From: Promethearchaeota archaeon
GTDB lineage: Archaea; Asgardarchaeota; Hermodarchaeia; Hermodarchaeales; Hermodarchaeaceae
Assembly: GCA_048939625.1 (NCBI GenBank)
Contig: JBHLPH010000001.1
Coordinates: 96,001-160,000, forward strand
Length of the DNA: 64,000 nt
Direction: 5' to 3'
Position 1 is the first letter of the stretch, and every line of letters starts with the position of its first letter. Below are positions 9,877-19,105 of this stretch, piece after piece. The notes under the pieces are model-generated. The model made no database searches. It had not been told where the DNA came from and worked only from the letters and a program-made list of their open reading frames with translations. The translations under genes and the position numbers were made by a program.

Positions 9877-10605
9877 TCACACATCAATAGAAACTGTTAG
9901 CCCATCAACCGTGTAGGAGTAGGCATCATAGGTTTTGGGATTATAACGTCCACCAGCCTTCTTAACTTGGAGTAATCGTGTGTTGCTTTCACGATTCAAT
10001 TCAATGACGACTTGCGTGGTATGTTCGATCGCTGCAAGAAATTCTTTGTTGTGGGCATTTCGGTTTATTGTCCAGTAAGCTAAGGTTTTGTACGCATACA
10101 ATGCGGGACAGATATGGCCAAAAAGGCTCCGAGCGTTCTCTTGCCCCCAAAGGATTTCCATTGCTGTGAGACTATTAATTACAAGGCGGGTTCCATCTCC
10201 AATAAACTCCCTTTCGATACGACCAAAAAAGTGGTGGAACCTTTCAATCTCTCGGGACATAGGGACCTTTCGTATCCAAGAAGGAGCTTTATCATAAAAA
10301 TCCGTGAATACAAGTTCCCCACGACCCCCAGATTCGGAGAAACAATCTAACACTAAGAAATAATCCTCCCAACCCGAAGGAAGAGAACTAATTAGGGGTT
10401 TAAGAAATAATAGCAAAGCCTGTGGTGGATAAATGAAATCCAAGTAAATAACTTGCTTCTCTTCATCTATCCCCTTCCTCATGAAGTTCTGAAGGAATTC
10501 GTTTACAAAAGTTCCTGTTTCATACTCCCAGACTACGTTTTCACCGAGAATTAACCCTTCACCAAGAATGTCATCTAACACCGGAATACCAGTCGAAGTT
10601 GGCAT
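9877..10605 (-). CDS. KaiC/RAD55-like RecA-fold protein with degenerate Walker A
   Basis: STGIPVLDDILGEGL start; WEYETGT in place of GxxGxGKT; RLVINSLT Walker-B region. Confidence 0.7.
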   Translation of the reverse strand: MPTSTGIPVLDDILGEGLILGENVVWEYETGTFVNEFLQNFMRKGIDEEKQVIYLDFIYPPQALLLFLKPLISSLPSGWEDYFLVLDCFSESGGRGELVFTDFYDKAPSWIRKVPMSREIERFHHFFGRIEREFIGDGTRLVINSLTAMEILWGQENARSLFGHICPALYAYKTLAYWTINRNAHNKEFLAAIEHTTQVVIELNRESNTRLLQVKKAGGRYNPKTYDAYSYTVDGLTVSIDV

Positions 10606-10664
10606 GAGACCTCAATCCATTCAATTCTTTTCATCCGCGCATTAAATGTATGATTGTTGTTTGA

Positions 10665-10710
10665 TGTACATACGTGTACAATTTGAACATAAGCTTTGAA
10701 TAGTTGAACA
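10665..10710. promoter_or_regulatory. Array of TGTACA/TGAACA boxes in the divergent KaiC-like/gdh promoter region
   Basis: Boxes start at 10665, 10675, 10684 and 10705; the last three share spacing with the array at 12565-12600. Confidence 0.6.
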
Positions 10711-10740
10711 CTATATTCTATCTTAACCAGGTGAAGTCAC

Positions 10741-12519
10741 ATGCTGAACCTGGTTGAATTAACACCAACTGAATTGGGCTTGCAAAAGTTAATGGTTGAC
10801 TTTTTTGCAGAAAAGCCTCAATACACAGCCGGACTGGATCAATTCACATCCACACATTATGCCTTAATGACGGCATTATCCGAGAATTACAACATTCCTT
10901 TTGCAACAACCTCAATTATCTTCGAACAGCTAGCCATGAAGATTCGTCGGGCGGAATATCTGAATGTCGAATGTCCTGATGATGCATCAGGAAATGGGTG
11001 CTTAACCCGTCAGGAACATCAAATTCTGAGTGCAATGTTTGATTATTTTGCTGAACAACCGTCTCAAGCTGAAGCAAGCCTTCTCGCTGATCGTCGCGAA
11101 GCGTTCATCGATTACTTCAAATGGATTCACGGTGGTGATGTTGCTAAAATCTCAACCTGTTGTGATCGTGTAATCGATCAATTACAGAGAGCAGTCTCTG
11201 CAACAATCCAAACCTTGGATGAAGTTACACCTACACCTAATCCTTATGAAGCGGCCCTCGAACAACTGGATCTCGCTGCCGAAAAGCTGGGATTAGACCC
11301 AGCCACTCATGAGGTTTTACGTCATCCAGAACGAATTCTCATCGTAAATATTCCAGTCCAAATGGACGATGGATCAGTTCGTGTTTTTACGGGATACCGT
11401 TCTCAGTACAATGATGCGCTGGGACCTACAAAAGGAGGTATTCGCTATCATCCTGATACAACAATCGATGAAGTTATTGCCCTATCTGCCTGGATGACTT
11501 TCAAAACAGCTGTCGTGGGCTTACCCTTGGGTGGCGGTAAAGGCGGGATACGGTGTAATCCTAAAGAGATGTCATTAGGCGAGCTTGAACGTCTAACTCG
11601 TGGATATACAAGAGAAATGGTTCGATTCATCGGTCCACAATTAGATGTTCCGGCCCCAGATGTGTATACGGATGCACAAACAATGGCATGGATTATGGAC
11701 GAATATGTCGAATGTACGGGTGCATATTGTCCAGGTGTGGTCACAGGAAAACCTGTGGGGATTGGTGGTTCGAAAGGCCGAGAAGAAGCAACCTCACTTG
11801 GCTTGGTCTTCACTGTTATTGAGGCAGCTCAAGAACTTGGTGTCCCCCTAGACGAAATCCGGGTGGCTATTCAAGGGTTTGGCAACGTTGGGTTCAACGC
11901 CGCCCGAATTCTCCATGAGAGAGGGTGTAAAATCATTGCGGTGTCTGACTCTAAAGGAGGAATCCTAAATCCCGAAGGATTGGATCCCCTGAAGGTAAAG
12001 GAACATAAGAAGCAGTCTGGTTCCGTCATTGGTTACAAGGATTCTATTCAAATTAGTAATAGTGACCTTCTGGAACTTGAATGCGATATACTCATTCCAG
12101 CAGCATTAGAAAACGTCATTACTGCTGAAAATGCCCCTCGAATCAAAGCGAAGATAATCGCTGAGGGAGCAAACGGTCCTACAACACCGGATGCGGATCT
12201 CATTCTCCATGAACAAAACGTCTTCCTCATCCCTGACATTCTTGCGAATGCAGGTGGCGTTACGGTTAGCTATTTCGAAATGGTCCAAAATCAAATAAAC
12301 TATTTTTGGACTCTGGAAGAAGTACATAGTAAACTCAAACAAATTATGCAGACCGCATTTCATGATGTACTAGTGCTTTCTAAGGAACATGATGTTCCGA
12401 TGCGTATTGCTGCATATATGCTTGCTTTGAGTCGTATCAGCTATGCAATGCAGACTAGGAAACATTCGTTCTCACCAAAACGAGTTACTGGTTCAAAACC
12501 GAAAATCTTGAAAGGGTAA
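10741..12519 (+). CDS. gdhA: Glutamate dehydrogenase (Glu/Leu/Phe/Val family) with about 165-aa N-terminal extension
   Basis: KGGIRYHP, GGGKGG, DVPAPDV, GFGNVG, EGANGP and NAGGVTVSYFE motifs. Confidence 0.9.
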   Translation: MLNLVELTPTELGLQKLMVDFFAEKPQYTAGLDQFTSTHYALMTALSENYNIPFATTSIIFEQLAMKIRRAEYLNVECPDDASGNGCLTRQEHQILSAMFDYFAEQPSQAEASLLADRREAFIDYFKWIHGGDVAKISTCCDRVIDQLQRAVSATIQTLDEVTPTPNPYEAALEQLDLAAEKLGLDPATHEVLRHPERILIVNIPVQMDDGSVRVFTGYRSQYNDALGPTKGGIRYHPDTTIDEVIALSAWMTFKTAVVGLPLGGGKGGIRCNPKEMSLGELERLTRGYTREMVRFIGPQLDVPAPDVYTDAQTMAWIMDEYVECTGAYCPGVVTGKPVGIGGSKGREEATSLGLVFTVIEAAQELGVPLDEIRVAIQGFGNVGFNAARILHERGCKIIAVSDSKGGILNPEGLDPLKVKEHKKQSGSVIGYKDSIQISNSDLLELECDILIPAALENVITAENAPRIKAKIIAEGANGPTTPDADLILHEQNVFLIPDILANAGGVTVSYFEMVQNQINYFWTLEEVHSKLKQIMQTAFHDVLVLSKEHDVPMRIAAYMLALSRISYAMQTRKHSFSPKRVTGSKPKILKG

Positions 12520-12564
12520 GGGCAGTCATCACTGCCTTTCTTTTACATTTGTTGGATCCTAAGG

Positions 12565-12600
12565 CGTACACTATGTACAACATTAATAAACGAGTGTACA
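12565..12600. promoter_or_regulatory. (C/T)GTACA boxes flanking a TATA-like TTAATAAA upstream of the RHH regulator
   Basis: Boxes start at 12565, 12574 and 12595; TATA-like element at 12583-12590. Confidence 0.6.
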
Positions 12601-12624
12601 TCGCATCAAAATGAGGGCCCACTG

Positions 12625-14556
12625 GTGTCGGTTCATATTCACACAACCATCCCCAAAAAAACAGGGGCAATTTTAGATGAATTAGCTGGAACATATGGGA
12701 CCAAAAGCCGCGTTCTTGAAATAGCTTTGGAAACCTTGCTTCGCGTTGATAAAGTTGGTTCCTGTGACGATTGTCAATTGAAGGCACAAATCGAAGAACA
12801 GCTAAAACTACGCGAAACATTAGAGCTTGCTTCATTTCGCCGAGACTTATTGGATGAACTTCTCAAAATCGCTTTAGCGGACCAAACACTGGAAGAATTC
12901 ATTCAATGGCAACAAAAGGAAGCACAACATACTATAGAGCTAATTCAGAGTGCCATCCAGTGGAAAACACCAACACAATTTAGTGAATTTCTAGCGGTGA
13001 TAGAGCTAATCAGCAAGACAACAAGGGGATTTGAGATTGCTTCCCATCGAGAAATGGATCACTCAATCGTTTTACGACCCGTAGTATTTCTTAGACTACC
13101 GGAATTAGTTGCTCTACAACTCGCGATCATACTGGAAGGCATTGGCTGCCATTTTGATCTTCGAATTATACGAAAAGAGGTTATAATCAAAATGCTTCGA
13201 AGAGATTTATCAGCAATTCGACGTACTGATCCTATGCAACTAATCCTTCAAAGCCTAAAGGAGAAGTTAGCCACCCTTCAACCATTACTTTTCAAGGACC
13301 AACTTGCCTTAGTTGGACCTGCCTTCTTGAAATGGGCAACAAAGAACCTTGAAGTGTCGGTCACAGACTTAGGAACTGCAATTGAGGATATTCAATTATT
13401 CCTTAAACCCAGCGAATTGCCTGATGTACCTCAAGAATTCATGCAAGGATTGCTCGAAGCAACTCGGGCAATGAATTGGATTTCGCAGTACAGAATCGAT
13501 CATGAGTCCAATAGTCAATATCATATAACCTTTCAAGCAACATCACCCCCCATGGCTAACATCGCTACAATAAGCTTTGCAATTATTTTGGCAACACGAG
13601 GATGGAAACTCAACCGATACTCCACTGAATATAACCACGGAACATTAGACGTAGAGCTAGTGGGAGAAAGCTCTCAGAATATTGTGGACCAGTTGAGTGA
13701 TTTGAATCTGTATGGCGTAGTAAACGAACAGTTCTTGGATTCCATTCCAGTTCCACGAGAACTATATGAGACCTTTACGGTGAAAGTCTATGACAGTGAT
13801 CGTCGACGATTTGACGAAATCTATCGAAATATGGGTTTCCGAGTGGCAAATGCTATTCGTATGCTAGGTAGCGATGATGATTCACGCATATTACAACTCG
13901 CTCAAATGTTTATTGAGAAAAACATCCACCAAGCTCAGCCCAATGCTGACGTTCGATTTGTTGATGATGAAAATTTCTCAATAGTCTTCAAGAAAATGAA
14001 TGCGGTAACATTGGCTAGCCAACGATTAATCATTGGAGCGATGCTTGAGGCTTTAGGGTATCAAGTTTCTTTCAAGGAGTTCCAAAATCTACTGAGTGTT
14101 GTGATGAAGAAAGTTGACAAACCATTCCTAAGTCCTCTTCATCGAAGGGAAGTTGTTCAAATGGTGAGTGATGCAATTGCCGCAGATTCAGCAAAGAATG
14201 CCCTTAAGCAAGTGAAACCCACATTAGACGATCTATTTCCATTGGATTATCCTTGGACGATACATGAAATTGGAGACCGGCTCTTAGAGATGTATCGTGA
14301 GTTAGGAATACAAGTGGAAATCGAGTACTTCGAGGGGGGGTTTACCCTCAAATATCGCACTTGCCCCTATTACAAACTGGTTAAGAATGATCAAAAGACA
14401 TGGCTCTGTACCTTCCGAAAAAAGGCCATTGAGTATATTCTCTCACGAGTAACAAAAACAGGTAAAGGACAAATCAGGGTACTCAAGTCGCTAATTCAAA
14501 ACGGCACACACCCCTGTGAATATGCGGTCTTCTTAGAGGAGTTCCTTGCTACATAG
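12625..14556 (+). CDS. Putative transcription regulator: N-terminal ribbon-helix-helix, CxxC, C-terminal V4R/methanogen-output-like domain
   Basis: VHIHTTIPKKTGAILDELA...KSRVLEIALE RHH pattern; CDDC; C-terminal TCPY...WLC...HPCEY Cys pattern. Confidence 0.55.
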   Translation: MSVHIHTTIPKKTGAILDELAGTYGTKSRVLEIALETLLRVDKVGSCDDCQLKAQIEEQLKLRETLELASFRRDLLDELLKIALADQTLEEFIQWQQKEAQHTIELIQSAIQWKTPTQFSEFLAVIELISKTTRGFEIASHREMDHSIVLRPVVFLRLPELVALQLAIILEGIGCHFDLRIIRKEVIIKMLRRDLSAIRRTDPMQLILQSLKEKLATLQPLLFKDQLALVGPAFLKWATKNLEVSVTDLGTAIEDIQLFLKPSELPDVPQEFMQGLLEATRAMNWISQYRIDHESNSQYHITFQATSPPMANIATISFAIILATRGWKLNRYSTEYNHGTLDVELVGESSQNIVDQLSDLNLYGVVNEQFLDSIPVPRELYETFTVKVYDSDRRRFDEIYRNMGFRVANAIRMLGSDDDSRILQLAQMFIEKNIHQAQPNADVRFVDDENFSIVFKKMNAVTLASQRLIIGAMLEALGYQVSFKEFQNLLSVVMKKVDKPFLSPLHRREVVQMVSDAIAADSAKNALKQVKPTLDDLFPLDYPWTIHEIGDRLLEMYRELGIQVEIEYFEGGFTLKYRTCPYYKLVKNDQKTWLCTFRKKAIEYILSRVTKTGKGQIRVLKSLIQNGTHPCEYAVFLEEFLAT

Positions 14557-14656
14557 GAGGAGAAGAGGCGCATTATGTATCGAAGTCGAATGTATCACCA
14601 AACTCTGTATAATCCTGGAGGTTTTAAAATCAGGAGAAATAAAGGAGTGGTTGGAT

Positions 14657-17470
14657 TTGGTAACAACTAATTTGGATCAAATTTTTAATCCCAAGAGTAT
14701 TGCCCTCATTGGCGCTAGCGAAGAGGAGGGATCAGTAGGGCAAATTCTCATGCGTAATTTAACGATGATTGCATTACATGAAAAGGTCTTTCCAATTAAT
14801 ATTCGTCACAAAGAAGTAATGGGCATCAAGACTTTTGCCAAGGTGGGCGACGTCCCTGAACCCATTGATTTAGCTATAATCGCGACTCCAGCAAAAACCG
14901 TGCCTGGGATTGTGGAAGAATGTGGACAAGCAGGAATCAAGGGAATAATCATCATCTCTGCAGGGTTCAAAGAAATCGGCTCTGAAGGCCTCGCCCTTGA
15001 GAAGGAATTAATCGAACTTAAACGAAAATATAACCTTCGAATAATTGGACCGAACTGCTTTGGTATCATCCGTCCGAGCATCCAACTAAATGCAACCTTT
15101 GCAGAAGCGATGCCAAAAGCAGGAAACATTGCATTCATTTCTCAGAGTGGAGCATTGGGTTCAGCTATCATCGATTGGGCACTTAGCCAAAATCTAGGAT
15201 TCAGTAATTTCGTTTCGGTCGGTTCGATGATCGATGTGGATTTTGGAGATTTGATCGACTATTTTGGAACCGATCCCCAAACGCGAAGCATAATTTTGTA
15301 TATTGAAGGCATAACTGATGCAAGGAAATTCATGAGTGCAGCCCGCCATTTTGCAAAAACCAAACCCATTATCGTAGTAAAGGCAGGTAAATATGGTGAA
15401 AGTGCCAAGGCTGCGGCATCTCACACAGGATCATTAACCGGTTCAGATTTGGTTTACGATGCAGCATTTAAACGGGCAGGCATTGTCCGAATCGAAGAAA
15501 TTTCGGATCTCTTTAATGCCGCAGAAACCTTGGGGATGCAACCATTACCTGGAGGCTCGCATCTAGCCATTATTACAAATGCGGGGGGTCCCGGAGTGAT
15601 GGCTGCGGATGCGTTACTCCAAAGAGGAGGAAAACTCGCACAGCTTTCAGAAGCTACAATAAAAGAATTGGATAAGATTTTACCGCCGTTTTGGAGCCGA
15701 GGGAACCCTATTGATATTCTTGGTGATGCTGATGCGCAGCGTTACCGCGAAACGATGAGTATATGTTTGGCTGACAAAAACGTTGATGGAATCCTGCTTA
15801 TTTATACACCACAAGCAATTGCGGCTGCAGAAACAATCGCGAAGAATATCGTTTCGGCTTGTGACGCCCGTGGAGGCTGCGAAAAGACTATTTTGACTTC
15901 TTTCATGGGTGGGAACAAAGTTGAGAAGGCAAACCAAATTTTCACAGAAAACGGATACCCCACCTATTGGACACCCGAACATGCTGTTGCCACTTACATG
16001 TACATGTACCAGTATAAGCGAAATCTTGAATTATTATACGAAACCCCAGAAGAACTACCCATTGAGAGTGCTCCACCAAAACGTCCTATTACGGTGCTTT
16101 TACGGAATGCTGCTAAGCAGAAACGTGAGATCCTTACTGAAGTTGAAGCCAAACAACTTTTAGAATTCAACAATATCCCAGTGGTAAAAACCCGAATCGC
16201 CAATTCCGTGGATGAAGCTGCCGCCGTAGCCGCCACAATAGGGTATCCTGTCGTCTTAAAGATTCATTCACCAGATATCACACACAAATCTGATGCGGGT
16301 GGAGTGAAACTCAATCTTCATGACGATAACGAAGTCCGTAATGCCTACAACGCCATTATCGAAGCAGCGAAAGCACACAACCCAACAGCGAAGATCCAAG
16401 GCGTGACAGTTCAGGCAATGATTGAGCCAACAGGAACTGAAGTGATTCTAGGCGCAAAACGCGACCCGCTCTTTGGACCTGTCATACTCTTTGGAATGGG
16501 AGGTGTCGGTGTCGAGTTTTTCAATGATGTATCACTTGGTTTTCCTCCTCTTAATCAAACCCTTGCTCGACGCATCATGGAGGACACCCGAGTGTACGAA
16601 GTTCTGGTCAAAGGATATCGGCGGATTCCTCCTGTAAATCTAAAATTACTGGAAGAACTCATTGTTCGCTTCTCTCAAATGATTGTTGATTTTCCTGAAA
16701 TTAAAGAACTGGACATAAATCCCCTGCTTGTTGATGATAAACACGTCATTGCCCTTGACGCGCGCGTGGTTATCGATTTATCGCGAATTGAAAAAAAAGG
16801 AGACAGCCCACAGGAACTGGTAATTAGTCCCTATCCAAAACGGTATGAACAGATTTGGCGAATACGTGATGGGCGAACGGTCTTATTCCGTGCTATCAAA
16901 CCTGAAGATGAACCGCTTTGGTTGGAAATGTTTCAGAACTTTTCTGAAGAATCGATTCGCTACCGGTTTTTCGAAATTATCAAAGATACTCCCCATGAAG
17001 TACGAATACGATATACTAACATCGATTATGACCGTGAAATCGCGATCGTACCAATCCTTAATGAAAGAGGAAAAGACCGAATTCTTGGTGTGGTGCGATT
17101 AATTGAAGAACCCGATGGGAAACGTGGAGAAATCGCCTTCATCATTGCTGATCCGTGGCAAGGTCTTGGCCTTGGCTCGAAGCTGATTGATTATATGATT
17201 GAAATTTCAATCGACCGAGGATTGGAAGAAATCTATGGAGTGATGCTTCCCGATAACTATCGAGCCCATAAGCTAATGCAAAAGATGGGATTTACACTCG
17301 AAAAGACAAAAGATGACTTGGTCAAAGCTACGCTTGATTTAGCCGCAGAAAGGCGATGGAGAACGCCACGAGAATTTCGACCAAGCGCAGAACCAGAAAA
17401 TGAAGCTGAAGCACCCAAGAAAGGTGTTCAGTCAAAAAAGAAACGAACAAAAAAAGCAAAAAAGCCCTGA
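14657..17470 (+). CDS. Acyl-CoA synthetase (NDP-forming) alpha/beta fused to a GNAT domain (Pat/Pka-type protein acetyltransferase)
   Basis: IIGPNCFG, SQSGA, SHTGS, NAGGPG and HKSDAGGV motifs; C-terminal GNAT WQGLGLGSKL; start approximate. Confidence 0.88.
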   Translation: MVTTNLDQIFNPKSIALIGASEEEGSVGQILMRNLTMIALHEKVFPINIRHKEVMGIKTFAKVGDVPEPIDLAIIATPAKTVPGIVEECGQAGIKGIIIISAGFKEIGSEGLALEKELIELKRKYNLRIIGPNCFGIIRPSIQLNATFAEAMPKAGNIAFISQSGALGSAIIDWALSQNLGFSNFVSVGSMIDVDFGDLIDYFGTDPQTRSIILYIEGITDARKFMSAARHFAKTKPIIVVKAGKYGESAKAAASHTGSLTGSDLVYDAAFKRAGIVRIEEISDLFNAAETLGMQPLPGGSHLAIITNAGGPGVMAADALLQRGGKLAQLSEATIKELDKILPPFWSRGNPIDILGDADAQRYRETMSICLADKNVDGILLIYTPQAIAAAETIAKNIVSACDARGGCEKTILTSFMGGNKVEKANQIFTENGYPTYWTPEHAVATYMYMYQYKRNLELLYETPEELPIESAPPKRPITVLLRNAAKQKREILTEVEAKQLLEFNNIPVVKTRIANSVDEAAAVAATIGYPVVLKIHSPDITHKSDAGGVKLNLHDDNEVRNAYNAIIEAAKAHNPTAKIQGVTVQAMIEPTGTEVILGAKRDPLFGPVILFGMGGVGVEFFNDVSLGFPPLNQTLARRIMEDTRVYEVLVKGYRRIPPVNLKLLEELIVRFSQMIVDFPEIKELDINPLLVDDKHVIALDARVVIDLSRIEKKGDSPQELVISPYPKRYEQIWRIRDGRTVLFRAIKPEDEPLWLEMFQNFSEESIRYRFFEIIKDTPHEVRIRYTNIDYDREIAIVPILNERGKDRILGVVRLIEEPDGKRGEIAFIIADPWQGLGLGSKLIDYMIEISIDRGLEEIYGVMLPDNYRAHKLMQKMGFTLEKTKDDLVKATLDLAAERRWRTPREFRPSAEPENEAEAPKKGVQSKKKRTKKAKKP

Positions 17471-17499
17471 GCTAAATCAATGATTGGATTTGTGTATTG

Positions 17500-18036
17500 A
17501 TGACAAACCTATGGCGCGATTTACCCCCGGGGCCTAATCCTCCTAAACGAGTCAATGTGATTGTGGAAGTTCCGAAGGGAGAGACGAATAAATATGAATA
17601 CGACCACAAATGGGGAGTGTTTCGCCTTGACAGGGTCCTATACGGGGCACTCTATTTTCCCGCAGACTACGGTATCATCCCCCAAACCTGGTATGATGAT
17701 AATGATCCACTTGATATCATGGTGTTGACTTCAAAAGCCACATTTACCGGATGTGTTCTGGAAGCACGACCCATCGGAGTTCTCACAATGGAAGATGAAA
17801 AAGGCGAAGATGATAAGATCATCGCGGTCCCGGTTAATGATCCTCGATTCGACGAGCTTACTGATTGCTCGATGATGGCCAAACACCTCCGTGCTGAGAT
17901 TGCAGATTTCTTCTTGAACTATAAGAACCTGGAACCCCGAAAATGGGTAAAAGTCAAAGTATGGAAAGACTCACTCCCTGCAGAAAAAATCATCACGCAT
18001 GCCATTGAACAATACAGGGTGCAAATGAACCAGTAG
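17500..18036 (+). CDS. ppa: Inorganic pyrophosphatase (family I)
   Basis: NKYEYD, YGIIPQT, DNDPLDI and DDKII motifs. Confidence 0.95.
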   Translation: MTNLWRDLPPGPNPPKRVNVIVEVPKGETNKYEYDHKWGVFRLDRVLYGALYFPADYGIIPQTWYDDNDPLDIMVLTSKATFTGCVLEARPIGVLTMEDEKGEDDKIIAVPVNDPRFDELTDCSMMAKHLRAEIADFFLNYKNLEPRKWVKVKVWKDSLPAEKIITHAIEQYRVQMNQ

Positions 18037-18039
18037 CCG

Positions 18040-18615
18040 TTACGAACGTTGTTTTTCATCTCGATGGCGCGCAAAATATAACCGTATACTCGGAACCAAA
18101 AACGGGGTTCTCTTCTTGTACGCCAAATATTCTGCACCAAAACGATGTTCTAAATTCGGTTCTTCACGTTTTTTTATTATGATAATTTGCACTATAATGA
18201 CTATCAATGGAATAACGAGAGTCATAGCAAGGGATCTGAAGAGCAAACCCATTCCAGCAGGGAGTAATGTATATCCAAAAGTCATAGGGTTTCGTGTATA
18301 AGCAAAAATCCCTGTCGTGAGAAGAATAGATGACTGCGATCTTTGATCTGCCTCACCCCAAGGTAATCCTCTCCCAATCTCTCTTAATTGTCTGGTTGCC
18401 TTAATCCCAATTACAGCACCTCCTACCATAACGAAAATACCAGAAAAGATGTTAAAAGGAATTGGTGGAAATGGTGGAAGGTGTAATAGTAGATCAACCA
18501 TAGTGCCGAGTAGAAAAGTCCCCAGGGGGACTAGAATGAAGATCAAAATATAAGGAATCAAATAACGTAAACGAATAACTGGTTTTGTAGTGTTAGAGGC
18601 AGTAGGGGTGGTCAT
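18040..18615 (-). CDS. Isoprenylcysteine carboxylmethyltransferase/PEMT family membrane protein
   Basis: TTGIFAYTRNPM and EEPNLEHRFGAEYLAYKKRTP motifs. Confidence 0.8.
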   Translation of the reverse strand: MTTPTASNTTKPVIRLRYLIPYILIFILVPLGTFLLGTMVDLLLHLPPFPPIPFNIFSGIFVMVGGAVIGIKATRQLREIGRGLPWGEADQRSQSSILLTTGIFAYTRNPMTFGYTLLPAGMGLLFRSLAMTLVIPLIVIIVQIIIIKKREEPNLEHRFGAEYLAYKKRTPFLVPSIRLYFARHRDEKQRS

Positions 18616-18633
18616 AGAGGTGCCATCCGAGAA

Positions 18634-18710
18634 TGGCGGGCCCGCGGGGATTCGAACCCCGGTTTTTCGGCTTAGAGGGCCGATGCCTTATCCAGCTTGG
18701 CCACGGGCCC
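18634..18710 (-). tRNA. tRNA-Arg(TCT), CCA encoded, atypical C33
   Basis: Cloverleaf: acceptor GGGCCCG/CGGGCCC, anticodon arm TCGGC-CCTCTAA-GCCGA, T arm CGGGG-TTCGAAT-CCCCG, G73, CCA. Confidence 0.9.
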
Positions 18711-18820
18711 GAATTGAGTGGATTAAGGAATTCGGGAAGTTCGCAACTGATAGCAGTGAGAGCCGGATATATTTTTATCTGTACATCGTGATGAGGGAAG
18801 TGTGTTGCGGTGGTGTCTCG

Positions 18821-19036
18821 ATGGAAGCGGATTTTAACCTGACAGAGATGGCGTTACGAAGCGGTCTTACCGAATTGCAAATGACAGAAACCAAGACAGT
18901 ACGGTCACTTTTAAAGGAATTGGGGTTACTTTACCGACATTATGTCGTCTTGGTTGATGGAAGACGAGCCCATCTTGAAGATGAAATCGTTGAAGGACAA
19001 CGCGTAATCGTTCTTCCAATCATTGCAGGTGGATAA
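18821..19036 (+). CDS. MoaD/ThiS/SAMP ubiquitin-like protein
   Basis: 71 aa, VVLVDG and C-terminal LPIIAGG; the ORF-track extension over the tRNA is rejected. Confidence 0.85.
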   Translation: MEADFNLTEMALRSGLTELQMTETKTVRSLLKELGLLYRHYVVLVDGRRAHLEDEIVEGQRVIVLPIIAGG

Positions 19037-19105
19037 GAGACGATTCATTATTTTTTACAGGGTATTTAGTAGAATTTTGTTTGGATATTTCTACCAGAAA
19101 ATCTT

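Noticed and set aside
14546-14656. ORF-track N-terminal extension of the Pat-like gene
   Set aside because: Overlaps the upstream stop; recognisable sequence and an SD-like GGAGTGG point to a start near 14657
18634-18710. tRNA-Pyl or amber suppressor reading (CUA)
   Set aside because: Stem register places TCT at 34-36; the body is a standard Arg-type tRNA; TAG terminates genes such as ppa; no pyl genes seen
18590-18820. N-terminal extension of the SAMP/MoaD ORF
   Set aside because: Overlaps the tRNA; the beta-grasp domain starts at ATG 18821
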